This document shows, in pieces, positions 41,614 through 51,538 of a DNA stretch of 64,000 nt. Origin of the DNA: an uncultured Gemmatimonadota bacterium (GTDB taxonomy: Bacteria; Blakebacterota; Blakebacteria; Blakebacterales; Blakebacteraceae). The position numbers and the translations under genes were made by a program. Location: assembly GCA_964576115.1 (NCBI GenBank), contig CAZNUA010000001.1:124001-188000 (forward strand), in the 5' to 3' direction. Under the pieces are notes generated by a model, which had not been told where the DNA came from, did not search any database, and saw nothing but the letters and a program-made list of their open reading frames with translations. The stretch's first letter is position 1. Each line of letters starts with the position of its first letter.

Positions 41614-44502
41614 ATGAGAACTCTGGAAAAAATCGCCAGCGAGTCCGTTCTTTCCCTCAAAGATCTACGGCGGGTCGAAGAGATCATTCTCGCCCACGGC
41701 AACTTTGCGCCCGACGTGGTGCGCGATGCGATCGACTGGTACTGCGCCCGGCAGGGTATCGACGAGTATTACTTCCAGACCACACCGGTGGAAACGATCG
41801 CCGCCCACATCGAAGGCCTGCGGGCCGCTTCGGTCGTAGCCGGCATGCAGGGAGACGATGACCGGACCGGGATCGACATCAGCACCGAGCAGGCCACCGA
41901 AGCGGTTTACCTGATCGACGATCAGCACACCAAGGGACGGGATCTGGAGCGGCGGATCGAGGCCAGATACCCCCTGCACCGGCTGCAGTCTTACCGTACC
42001 CCCGGCACCGCTTTCGGGGTCGACTGGCTGCGGATGTACATCATCTCCAAACCCCGTCTGCCCGGGGGGTTGGTCTGCTCGACCGACGACGATATCGAAG
42101 CCATCGCCTGCCGCTCGTTTCTCGAAACCACGACCCGCGACACCTACCGCCGCTATCAGCGTGCGATCGCAAAAGCATGCGGCTGGGAGCACCCCCTGAT
42201 CGAGGCCTCGCGCAAGAAGGACACAGGTGAGCTGCGCCTGCTGATCGTGGTCAACAGCGACTCCAGTTCGCGTTTTTTCTCCAATATCTCCGACGTTATC
42301 AATTCCTACGGCCTGGTCTCGAACCGCAAGTACGTCGAACAGTTCGCCAACGGGAAGACCACCTACGCCCTGTACCTCGACTGGATCGAGGACGAGAAGC
42401 TGCGCAACCGGTTGATCGAGAACATCGGTCTGGTCTATGCCGTACCCGAAAACCCCCTCAGCCGGCTCTTCCGGGAGGGACTGCTGAACGCCCGTGAAAT
42501 GGTCTTCGGGGTAGCGGCCTGGACCTTCGCCCACCAGTTCCTGACCGAATACGACGAGGAGTACCTCAAGCTCGCCGACGAACTCAAAGACGAACCGGAA
42601 CTGACTGGTTTGCTGCGCAACCTGCGGACCCGTCTGGCCAAGGTCTCCTACGACGAGGAGCGGATCTGGGACTCGCTGATCGATCACCATGACTGCCTGC
42701 AGGCGGCGTTCCGGCTCTTCAACCGTCGTTTCAACCCGGTTCATGCCGGCAAGGCGAGCCAGGGAGAGCTCGAGGCCTTCCAGAGTCTGTGCGCCGAGCG
42801 TCTCGATACCGAGACCGACCGCCATATCTTCGAAGCGATCCTGCAGTTCATCGAGCACACCCGGAGGACCAATTTCTACAAGCGCGAGAAGATCTCGCTC
42901 TCCTTCATGCTCGATCCCGGTTTCCTGAACCGGGTCGATTACCCCGAACTGCCGTACGGGATCTTTCTGGTGATCGGGAGCGAGTTCCGGGGCTACCACG
43001 TGCGCTTCCGCGATATCGCCCGTGGCGGCATCAGGTTGGTGCGCTCGGCCAACCTGCAGACCTTCATGAAGAACGCCGACGCGATCTTCGACGAGAATTA
43101 CAATCTGGCCCTGACCCAGCAGCGCAAGAACAAGGACATCCCCGAGGGCGGGTCGAAGGGCGCCATCCTGCTCGAACGCGACGCCCAGGACCGGGACGAA
43201 TCGGCCTTTAAGAAGTATATCGACGGCTTGCTCGACCTCCTGCTCGGCGACGAACGGATCGTGGATCACTACGGCGACGACGTAATCCTCTTTCTCGGAC
43301 CGGACGAGGGCACCGCCGAGCTCATGGAGTGGGCTTCGGTCCGCGCCCGCGAGAGGGGTTATCCCTGGTGGCGCTCCTTTTCGACCGGCAAGCCGGTCGG
43401 GATGGGCGGCATCCCTCACGACATCTACGGCATGACCACCACGAGCGTGCACGAGTACGTGCTCGGCATGCTGGAAAAGACCGGGCTGAAGGAAAGCGGG
43501 GTCACCAAGGTCATGACCGGCGGGCCCGACGGCGACCTGGGTTCGAACGAGATCCTGATCTCGCGCGACACCATCCGCGCCATCGTGGACGGCTCGGGAG
43601 TTCTCTGCGATCCCGAGGGTCTGGATCGCCGCGAGCTGCGCCGCCTGGCCCGGCGACGGGTACCGGTCGAGCATTTCAATCCCGAACGCCTCTCGCCCCG
43701 GGGCTACCTGGTCAGGGTCGGGGACCGGAACGTGACCCTGCCCGGCGGGCAGACCGTCACCAGCGGGCTCGATTTCCGCAATACTTTCCACCTGCACCCG
43801 CATTTCAGCGCCGATCTCTTCGTTCCCTGCGGCGGCCGGCCGGCTTCGATCACGATCAACAACTGGACCGAGCTGCTCGACGAGAAGGGACGGCCCCGCA
43901 TCCGATTCGTCTCCGAGGGGGCCAACCTCTTCATCACCCAGGAGGCCCGGCTGCGGCTCGAAGAGAAAGGCGTAATCATCTACAAAGACGCCTCGGCCAA
44001 CAAGGGAGGCGTAACGTCATCCTCGCTCGAGGTCTTCGCCGGACTGGTCCTGAACGACCGCGAGTGGGACGAGCTGATGTGCGAACACAACGGCAAGGTC
44101 CCCGATTTCCGGAAACGCTACGTCGAGGAAATCCTCGATCTGATCCGGACCAACGCCCGCCTCGAGTTCGAGATCATCTGGCGCGAACACGAACGCAGCG
44201 GACTGCCCCGGACGATCCTGACCGACCTGGTGTCGCAGAAGATCAACGCCATTACCGACGCCATCATGGCCACCGATCTGTTCCGCGATCGCGCCCTCTT
44301 CCGGCAGGTGATCGCGTGCTGCACCCCCCTGGTCCTGAGCGAACTCAAGACGACCGCCCAGATCATGAACCGGGTTCCCGACTCCTATCTACGGGCCGCG
44401 TTTGCCGCCCGCCTGGCGAGCCGCTACGTCTACTATCACGGTCTCGAGGCCACCGAAATGGACTTCTACAGCTTCGTCACCGAGGCCGATCGGCTCGTCT
44501 GA
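41614..44502 (+). CDS. NAD-specific glutamate dehydrogenase, about 960-aa (fungal GDH2-like) type
   Basis: HVRFRDIARGGIR, DENYNLA.TQQRKNKDIPEGGSKG, LFLGPDEGTA, GGIPHDIYGMTT, TGGPDGDLGSNEI, EGANLF, KDASANKGGVTSSSLEV. Confidence 0.93.
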   Translation: MRTLEKIASESVLSLKDLRRVEEIILAHGNFAPDVVRDAIDWYCARQGIDEYYFQTTPVETIAAHIEGLRAASVVAGMQGDDDRTGIDISTEQATEAVYLIDDQHTKGRDLERRIEARYPLHRLQSYRTPGTAFGVDWLRMYIISKPRLPGGLVCSTDDDIEAIACRSFLETTTRDTYRRYQRAIAKACGWEHPLIEASRKKDTGELRLLIVVNSDSSSRFFSNISDVINSYGLVSNRKYVEQFANGKTTYALYLDWIEDEKLRNRLIENIGLVYAVPENPLSRLFREGLLNAREMVFGVAAWTFAHQFLTEYDEEYLKLADELKDEPELTGLLRNLRTRLAKVSYDEERIWDSLIDHHDCLQAAFRLFNRRFNPVHAGKASQGELEAFQSLCAERLDTETDRHIFEAILQFIEHTRRTNFYKREKISLSFMLDPGFLNRVDYPELPYGIFLVIGSEFRGYHVRFRDIARGGIRLVRSANLQTFMKNADAIFDENYNLALTQQRKNKDIPEGGSKGAILLERDAQDRDESAFKKYIDGLLDLLLGDERIVDHYGDDVILFLGPDEGTAELMEWASVRARERGYPWWRSFSTGKPVGMGGIPHDIYGMTTTSVHEYVLGMLEKTGLKESGVTKVMTGGPDGDLGSNEILISRDTIRAIVDGSGVLCDPEGLDRRELRRLARRRVPVEHFNPERLSPRGYLVRVGDRNVTLPGGQTVTSGLDFRNTFHLHPHFSADLFVPCGGRPASITINNWTELLDEKGRPRIRFVSEGANLFITQEARLRLEEKGVIIYKDASANKGGVTSSSLEVFAGLVLNDREWDELMCEHNGKVPDFRKRYVEEILDLIRTNARLEFEIIWREHERSGLPRTILTDLVSQKINAITDAIMATDLFRDRALFRQVIACCTPLVLSELKTTAQIMNRVPDSYLRAAFAARLASRYVYYHGLEATEMDFYSFVTEADRLV

Positions 44503-44558
44503 CCGCCCGGGGACGGGAAGGGCAGGAATCCGACAGGCAGCCGGGGGGCCGGGGGGAT

Positions 44559-45470
44559 TCAGGAGGGTGAGGGAACTCCGTTGAGCGGCGGTTCCGATTC
44601 TCGCCGCCGGCGCCGCTCATCGCGCCGGCGCATGGCCGCCAGGCGGTCGGCGTAGACCTTGGTGAACTCGGCCCCCATGTAAAAAACCTGAGCGATATAG
44701 AGGAACCAGATCAGCAGGATCAGCAATGATCCGAACGCCCCGTATAGACTGAAGACGTTGCTCAGCCCGAGCATCAGGTTCATGAAGATTTTACCCAGCA
44801 CGAGCAGGAGCGCGGTGACCGCCGCCCCACCCCAGATGGCACGCCAGGGCAGAGGTTCGCGGACCAGCAACCGGAAAACCGCAGCCACGAGCAGAAACGC
44901 TCCCAGATAGGTTGTGACGTAACTGATGAAATGGGTCAGGCCGCCGATCTCGATCGGGAACCAGTTCTCCAGCTGGGTCAGGGCGAGCATGGCGGTCGCC
45001 GCGGCCGAGATCAGCAGCAGAACGATGAGCTGCACCCCGAGGATGAGAACGAAAGAGAGCCAGCGGGCCACGATGAAGTGCCGCATCGGGCTCTGCCGGC
45101 CGCGAATCCCCCAGATGACATCCAGCGATCCGCGCAGAAAATGGAAGCTGTTCGAGGCGATCACCAGCAGGGTGATGAAACCGAAGACCTGGGTCAGGAT
45201 CCCGACCCCCGGCCGGGCGGCGTCGAGGATCATCGATTCGATGAAACGGGCGGTCTGTTCGCTGATGGCCGTACTCAGGGTCACGACCAGCTGGCCTTCG
45301 ACTGCCTGCTCGCCGAGAACCCGTCCGAGGATGCGTACGCAGATGATCGCCAGGGGGACGACCGACATGGTCAGATAGAAGGCCAGGGCGGCGCCCATGC
45401 GGCCGGCCCCGTCGAGCCGCCAGACCCTGATGGTGGTGCTGATGACCTTCCTGACGTCGCTCCAGCTCAC
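44559..45470 (-). CDS. YihY/BrkB family membrane protein
   Basis: GAALAFY, SLDVIW, YGAFGSLLILLIW, GAEF. Confidence 0.9.
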   Translation of the reverse strand: MSWSDVRKVISTTIRVWRLDGAGRMGAALAFYLTMSVVPLAIICVRILGRVLGEQAVEGQLVVTLSTAISEQTARFIESMILDAARPGVGILTQVFGFITLLVIASNSFHFLRGSLDVIWGIRGRQSPMRHFIVARWLSFVLILGVQLIVLLLISAAATAMLALTQLENWFPIEIGGLTHFISYVTTYLGAFLLVAAVFRLLVREPLPWRAIWGGAAVTALLLVLGKIFMNLMLGLSNVFSLYGAFGSLLILLIWFLYIAQVFYMGAEFTKVYADRLAAMRRRDERRRRRESEPPLNGVPSPS

Positions 45471-45541
45471 GGGTCGTTCCGCTCTCCTTCGGTCCGGTGT
45501 CCCGGCGGCGCGCCCGGGCGCGCCGCTTCAGCCCTCATAAT

Positions 45542-47440
45542 CTACCATCCCCCTCCGCCACCGCCACCCCCTCCCCCACCACCGCCTCCCGAACCGCCTC
45601 CACTCATACCACCGCTGCCTCCCGGTTGCGAGGCCAGGGTCGACGCCAGCGAACCGTTGAAGCAGCGGATTCCCTTGAGCAGATCGGCTACCCGGCCCGG
45701 CGGTCGATCATCCAGCGGCCCGATCCGCCGCGATCGATAGTACTCTACCGGCGGCACGGCCAGCGATTCGATACCGCGCATCCAGCGGTCGGAAACCCCG
45801 AGCGCCACACTGTAGGGCAGGAACTCGGGGAAAAGTCGGGGTTCCATGCCGACCGCCTCCTCGTGCCCCATCGCCGCCAGCTGGTCCCGCAACTGCAGCC
45901 ATTTGGCTTTGGCCAGGGCACCCCGCAAGGTCTTCTGCGGCATGAAGGGAGCGAAGAGGGCCGTCACCAGACCGGCCAGCATGATCCCGATCCCCGTCGA
46001 CCAGGCGGGAGTCCAGAGGATCGCCGAGAAGACATCGGTGGCCGCGGACAGAAAGAGGCTCCCGCCGACAAAGAGGAAGACGGCGGTGAAGAGAAGCAGG
46101 CCCCACTTGCGCTGGCGGGCGGCGCCGAAGGCCATGACCGACGGCACGCCCATCCAGAGGGTGAGCAGAAGCAGGGGCAGGAGCTGCTCGGCCCCGCCGG
46201 CCAGGGCCGCCACGACCGCCCCGAGAGCGAACACGGCCGCGGCTATACCCAGCCACAGCAGACGGACCCGGCGCGGATCGGCCTCAAACCACTTCTGCTC
46301 CGTCACCTCTTTCCACAGGGCCCGGCGGATGCGCGGGAGGTGGGTGTAGAACTCGTCCTGCAGGTCTTCCTGGTCAACCACGTCCCCCGGCTCGGGATGA
46401 CCGAACAGGGCCCGCATCACTTTCCGCTCGAATTCCCTGAGCCCGCTGTCGGGCCGCCGGAGCAGAGTAAAGCGGAACTCCACCTTTTTCCCCTCCCCCG
46501 TCTCCTCGATTTCGAGATAACCCTTGCGTCCCAGATCCATGATGGTGGCCAGGATCTCGCGCAGACCGATCCGCTCGTCGACCAGAGCGCCGGCCATGGC
46601 GGGAGGCACGTCGAGATCGAAAATGTCGAGGGAGACCGCCAAAGGGGGAACGTCGGGATCCCGGCCCCGGCGCATCCAGGTACTCAGGAGCAGCAGGCAG
46701 AGAATACCGGGCAGGACGAGAGCCGGCGCGGTGATGATGCTGCGCCTGATGATCCGGGCCACCGAGGCGCCGGCGGCAATCGCCTCGCGGGGGAAATCGA
46801 CCTGGACCTCGAAGAGCGTGCCCGGAGCCACGTCCGAACCTGAGAAGGTGACCGTACGGGGATTCTCGATTTGCCAGCGGGCGTCGGCCAGGGGCGTGTA
46901 AAAGGTGACCTGAAGCTGCTCCGGTTCCACCTCGCGGGGCAGCCTGACGGTAGCCGTCGCTTGTTCGACCACGGCCGGACGGTCCTCGAAGAGGGCTTTC
47001 CAGTGCAGGCGCCAGGCTCCCTGCCAACCCCGGCGCAGCGGCATCTCGACCCGGTAACGCACGGTGAAACGCTCGCGGGTATCGCGGTAGGGCGGATCCG
47101 AGGGACGCCGGGACCGCCAGCGGATACGCAGGTAGCGCCCTTCCCGCTCGACCCGGTACCCGTGCAGATCGAGATCGCCACGGCGGTACGCTCCCTGTGA
47201 ACCGCTCACCCGGATGTCACTGATGCGATACCGCCCGCCGGTATCCAGCAGCCGCTCACCGCCGTTCCAGGCGCCGTCGAAGACATAGTCGAGGGTCTCG
47301 GTCACAACCAGATCGCCGTTGGAGAGGATCTGCAGGTCGGTATCGACAGCTTCCCAGTACAGGCTGCGCTGAGCCCGCCCGGTAACGGGCAGGCCGAGGA
47401 CGAAACCGAGTACTATGAGCAGGGCGCCATGACGATGCAT
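45542..47440 (-). CDS. DUF2207 domain membrane protein
   Basis: L.VTETLDY.F, GRDP, ATIMDL..KGYL.I, LPYSVALGV..W, Gly-rich tail ending in W. Confidence 0.9.
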   Translation of the reverse strand: MHRHGALLIVLGFVLGLPVTGRAQRSLYWEAVDTDLQILSNGDLVVTETLDYVFDGAWNGGERLLDTGGRYRISDIRVSGSQGAYRRGDLDLHGYRVEREGRYLRIRWRSRRPSDPPYRDTRERFTVRYRVEMPLRRGWQGAWRLHWKALFEDRPAVVEQATATVRLPREVEPEQLQVTFYTPLADARWQIENPRTVTFSGSDVAPGTLFEVQVDFPREAIAAGASVARIIRRSIITAPALVLPGILCLLLLSTWMRRGRDPDVPPLAVSLDIFDLDVPPAMAGALVDERIGLREILATIMDLGRKGYLEIEETGEGKKVEFRFTLLRRPDSGLREFERKVMRALFGHPEPGDVVDQEDLQDEFYTHLPRIRRALWKEVTEQKWFEADPRRVRLLWLGIAAAVFALGAVVAALAGGAEQLLPLLLLTLWMGVPSVMAFGAARQRKWGLLLFTAVFLFVGGSLFLSAATDVFSAILWTPAWSTGIGIMLAGLVTALFAPFMPQKTLRGALAKAKWLQLRDQLAAMGHEEAVGMEPRLFPEFLPYSVALGVSDRWMRGIESLAVPPVEYYRSRRIGPLDDRPPGRVADLLKGIRCFNGSLASTLASQPGGSGGMSGGGSGGGGGGGGGGGGGGW

Positions 47441-47679
47441 CCCGATGACCTCCTGTGAACCAGTGGAACGGATCGGACTCCGGGCAACCGATATTGGGCC
47501 AGCCTATACCCGGCCCGCGAGCGATGCCAGAACCAAGCCGTCGGTGCCGACGCAGGACACGAGATCCTCTTCTCACCGCCCGGCGGTTGTGGCTATGATG
47601 ATTTCACGCCGGCCGGAGCGGCTCCGAAACAGAGCCCTCCGGTCAACCTTCTGAGGCTGAAACCGGGGGAGACTGTCAG

Positions 47680-49416
47680 GTGAAACGAGTACGCACCATG
47701 ATGCCGGGGGTCACAGCGGCCCTGGTTTTTTTCACCCTCACCGTTGCCTGCGGCCGACCGGAACCGGCCGATCTGGTTCTTCTCGACGGCCGGGTCGTCA
47801 CGGTGGATGAATCCCGGCCCGAAGCCGAGGCTGTTGCCGTGCGGGGTCACGAGATCGTGGCGCTGGGCGGCACCTCCCGCATCCGCCGGTACATCGGAGA
47901 TCGAACCCGCACCATCGATCTCGCCGGGCGGCTGGCCGTTCCCGGCTTTATTGACGGACACGGCCACTTCACCAGCCTGGGGCAGGCAAAGATGGTTCTC
48001 GATCTCAACGACGCCGAGCGGTGGGAGGATATTGTCGCGATGGTGGCCGAGGCAGCGCGCACCGCCGAACCGGGGGAATGGATCCTGGGCCGGGGATGGC
48101 ATCAGGAGAAATGGGCGAGCCTGCCCGAGCGCACCGTCGACGGAGTGCCGACGCACCACGACCTGAGCCGGGCGGCGCCGCGCAATCCGGTCGATCTCGG
48201 GCACGCCAGCGGGCATGCCGCCCTGGTGAATGCGGCGGCGCTGCGGGTCGCGGGAATCGATCGGAACACACCCGACCCGCCCGGGGGTGAGATCGTCCGC
48301 GATGTCCGGGGCGAACCCACCGGCCTGCTGCGCGAGACCGCCCAGCGGATCGTCGACCGCGTTTATGCCCACTCGCGCGAATCGCTGACACGGGACGAAC
48401 TCGAGGCCGAATTCCGCCAGATTGTCGAGCTGGCGACCGACGAGGCGCTGGCGAAGGGTGTCACCACTTTCCACGACGCCGGTTCCTCGATGGCCGACAT
48501 CGACCGCCTGCGAGCACTGGATGACGCGGGTGAACTGCGCCTGCGGCTCTATGTCATGGTCCGCTACGCCACCAACGAGGAAATGGAAGCCCGCCTGGAC
48601 AACTACCTGATCATCCCACAGGGCAACGATCACCTGGCAGTACGGTGTATCAAGCGGCAGATCGACGGGGCTCTGGGCGCTCACGGAGCCTGGCTTTTCG
48701 AACCGTACGAGGACCTGTCCACCGGCACGGGGCTGAACCTGGAACCGGTCGAGGATATCGCCGGCACCTGCGAACTGGCCATCAGGCACGGCTTCCAGGT
48801 AGCCACCCACGCCATCGGCGACCGCGGCAACCGCGAGGTCCTCGATCTCTACGAGGCGGCCTTCACCCGGGCCGGGGTCGACAGCCGATCTCTGCGCTGG
48901 CGGATCGAGCACGCCCAGCACCTGCATCCCGAGGACGTGCCCCGCTTCGCCGAGCTGGGCGTGATCGCTTCGATGCAGGCCAACCACTGCACCTCCGACG
49001 GGCCGTGGGTGCTCAAACGTCTGGGCGAGCGACGGGCCGAAGAGGGCGCCTATCTCTGGCGGACTCTCTGGGATCTGGGAGTGGTCATCACCAACGGGAC
49101 CGACGTACCGGTCGAGGATATCGATCCCCTGGCCAATTTCTACGCCGCCGTGACCCGGCACTGCTGGGACGGGTCGGTCTTTTACCCCGAAGAAGCGCTG
49201 ACCCGCACCGAAGCCCTGCGCTCCTACACTCTCAATAATGCCTTCGCGGCCTTCGAAGAGCATCTGAAGGGATCGCTCGAACCGGGCAAACTCGCCGACA
49301 TCGTCGTGCTCTCCGACGACATCCTGACTATTCCCGCCGAACAGATCCCCGACGTCACCGTCGACTATACCATTGTGGGCGGCACCATCGCCTATGCCCG
49401 GGAGACAAACCGATGA
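47680..49416 (+). CDS. Amidohydrolase family 3 (YtcJ-like), exported
   Basis: PGFIDGHGH, GRGW, SGHA..VN, TGLLRE, DGALG, THAIGDRGN, RIEHAQ, GTDVPVE, GSLEPGKLAD. Confidence 0.93.
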   Translation: MKRVRTMMPGVTAALVFFTLTVACGRPEPADLVLLDGRVVTVDESRPEAEAVAVRGHEIVALGGTSRIRRYIGDRTRTIDLAGRLAVPGFIDGHGHFTSLGQAKMVLDLNDAERWEDIVAMVAEAARTAEPGEWILGRGWHQEKWASLPERTVDGVPTHHDLSRAAPRNPVDLGHASGHAALVNAAALRVAGIDRNTPDPPGGEIVRDVRGEPTGLLRETAQRIVDRVYAHSRESLTRDELEAEFRQIVELATDEALAKGVTTFHDAGSSMADIDRLRALDDAGELRLRLYVMVRYATNEEMEARLDNYLIIPQGNDHLAVRCIKRQIDGALGAHGAWLFEPYEDLSTGTGLNLEPVEDIAGTCELAIRHGFQVATHAIGDRGNREVLDLYEAAFTRAGVDSRSLRWRIEHAQHLHPEDVPRFAELGVIASMQANHCTSDGPWVLKRLGERRAEEGAYLWRTLWDLGVVITNGTDVPVEDIDPLANFYAAVTRHCWDGSVFYPEEALTRTEALRSYTLNNAFAAFEEHLKGSLEPGKLADIVVLSDDILTIPAEQIPDVTVDYTIVGGTIAYARETNR

Positions 49417-49997
49417 CGCTGGAAGAGATCATCCGCCGCAACCGGAGTTACCGCCGGTTCGACGAAAGCATCCGCCTCGATCTGGAAACGGTCCGCAGCT
49501 TCGTGGAACTGGCCCGGCTCTCGGCCTCGGGAGCCAACCTGCAGCCTCTGAAGTACATCATCAGCACCGATCCGGAGGTCAATGCCGGCATCTTCCCCCG
49601 TACCGCCTGGGCCGGCTACCTGGAGGAGTGGAGCGGTCCGGTCGAAGGTCAACGGCCGGCGGCTTACGTCATCATTCTGGGGGACACCGCCATCGCGAGC
49701 AGTTTCGGCTGCGATCACGGGATCGCCGCGCAGTCGATCATGCTCGGAGCCGCCGAGCAGGGCTGGGGGGGCTGCGTGATCGGCTCGATCGACCGGGGCG
49801 GTCTGCGCCAGGCCCTCGATATCGACGAGCAGTACGAGATCCTGCTCATTCTGGCCCTGGGACGGCCGGCCGAGGAGGTACAGCTCGAAGCGGTCGGGGA
49901 AGACGGCAGCATCAGGTACTACCGCGATGATGAGAATGTACATCACGTTCCCAAACGCTCCCTGGACGAACTGATCGTCGCCGCCTACGGCACCTGA
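49413..49997 (+). CDS. Nitroreductase family protein
   Basis: RRNRSYRRF, SASGANLQP, DHGIAAQSIMLGA, VPKRSLDE. Confidence 0.92.
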   Translation: MTLEEIIRRNRSYRRFDESIRLDLETVRSFVELARLSASGANLQPLKYIISTDPEVNAGIFPRTAWAGYLEEWSGPVEGQRPAAYVIILGDTAIASSFGCDHGIAAQSIMLGAAEQGWGGCVIGSIDRGGLRQALDIDEQYEILLILALGRPAEEVQLEAVGEDGSIRYYRDDENVHHVPKRSLDELIVAAYGT

Positions 49998-50040
49998 ACC
50001 GGACCGCGGCCCAGCGGGAAACCTCTGAGAAGGAGAGGAT

Positions 50041-51537
50041 ATGGCCCAGACCATCGACCGCCGCGAATTCGTCCGCCGGGTCACAACCGGGGCGACCGCC
50101 CTCTCGCTGGGGACCGCCGCCGGATGTTCGTTCTTCGGGGACCGGCGCCCCAATATCATCCTGATCGTGGCCGACGATCTGGGCTGGGCCGAACTGGGCT
50201 GCTACGGCCAGACAAAGATCCGCACTCCCCACATCGACCGTCTGGCTGCCGAAGGAATGCGTTTCGCCCAGCACTACTCGGGCAGTCCGGTCTGCGCTCC
50301 CTCCCGGTGCGTGCTGCTGACCGGCCGGCACACCGGGTACGCCTACATCCGCGGCAACGACGAGATGGGGGAGCGGGGTGATGTCTGGCACGACCCGGCA
50401 CTGGAAGGCCAGCGGCCTATCCCGGCCGGCACGGTAACGATCGGCACCCTGCTGCAGGCAGCGGGATATACGACCGGCGCCATCGGCAAGTGGGGTCTGG
50501 GGGGGCCGGGCAGCGAGGGGGAGCCGAACCGGCAGGGTTTCGATCACTTCTATGGCTATCTCTGTCAGCGGGTCGCCCACAACTACTACCCCACCCACCT
50601 GTGGCGCAACGGCGAGAAGGACGAGCTCGACAACGAGTACTTCTATCCCCACCAACGCCTGCCCGTCGACGCCGATCCCCTCGATCCCGCCTCCTACGAA
50701 CCCTACCGCGGCACCGAGTACTCGCTGGATCTGATGTTGGCCGAGGCCCTTGAATTCGTCCGCGCCAACCGCCGGAACCCGTTCTTCCTCTATCTCCCCT
50801 TCACGGTTCCGCATGTCTCGCTGCAGGTGCCCGAGGATTCGCTGGCCGAGTACGCCGGCGCCTTCCCCGAAACCCCCTACCGGGGCGAAAAGGGGTACCT
50901 GCCCCACCCCACCCCGCGGGCGGCCTATGCCGCCATGATCACCCGCATGGACCGCGGCGTCGGCCGCATCATGGATCTGCTGGCAGAACTCGGACTCGAC
51001 TCCGACACCCTGGTGCTCTTCACTTCCGACAACGGGCCCACGTTCAACGGCGGCACCGATTCGGCGTTTTTCGACAGCGCCGGTCCCCTGCGGGGTCTGA
51101 AGCAGGATCTCTACGAGGGGGGTATCCGGGTGCCGCTCGTCGCCCGCTGGCCGGGGCGGGTTCCGGCCGGGACCGTCAGCGATCACATCTCGGCCTTCCA
51201 GGACTTTCTGCCCACCGTCACGGTTCTGGCCGGGGCCACGACCCCGGCCGATATCGACGGTCTTTCATTCCTGTCCGCCCTGCGGGGCGAGTCCGACCGC
51301 CAGCCGGCTCACGATCATCTCTACTTCGAGTTCCGGGGCGCGCAGGCGGTACGGCTGGGAGACTGGAAGGGATTGAGGTCCGGTCCCGACAGCCCGATCG
51401 AGCTCTACAACCTGGCTGCGGATATCTCCGAGGAGCGCGACATGGCGTCCGAACGGCCCGGTATCGCGGCTCGGATCCTCGACATCATGACCACCGACCG
51501 GACTCCCTCGGAGCACTTTCCGCTCGTGAGGAGATAA
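50041..51537 (+). CDS. Arylsulfatase (S1 sulfatase), Tat-exported
   Basis: DRREF Tat motif, PNIILIVADDLG, CAPSR (CxPxR), GKWGLG, TSDNG, YEGGIRVP. Confidence 0.95.
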   Translation: MAQTIDRREFVRRVTTGATALSLGTAAGCSFFGDRRPNIILIVADDLGWAELGCYGQTKIRTPHIDRLAAEGMRFAQHYSGSPVCAPSRCVLLTGRHTGYAYIRGNDEMGERGDVWHDPALEGQRPIPAGTVTIGTLLQAAGYTTGAIGKWGLGGPGSEGEPNRQGFDHFYGYLCQRVAHNYYPTHLWRNGEKDELDNEYFYPHQRLPVDADPLDPASYEPYRGTEYSLDLMLAEALEFVRANRRNPFFLYLPFTVPHVSLQVPEDSLAEYAGAFPETPYRGEKGYLPHPTPRAAYAAMITRMDRGVGRIMDLLAELGLDSDTLVLFTSDNGPTFNGGTDSAFFDSAGPLRGLKQDLYEGGIRVPLVARWPGRVPAGTVSDHISAFQDFLPTVTVLAGATTPADIDGLSFLSALRGESDRQPAHDHLYFEFRGAQAVRLGDWKGLRSGPDSPIELYNLAADISEERDMASERPGIAARILDIMTTDRTPSEHFPLVRR

Positions 51538-51538
51538 T

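Noticed and set aside
41665-43803. 712-aa antisense ORF over the GDH gene (and similar long shadow ORFs such as 12399-14243, 54445-56814, 18208-19605, 47593-49263)
   Set aside because: They mirror well-supported genes on the opposite strand; high-GC codon bias suppresses antisense stops; no recognisable motifs.
45542-45625. Low-complexity CCN repeat run
   Set aside because: Encodes the normal Gly-rich C-terminal tail of DUF2207 proteins.
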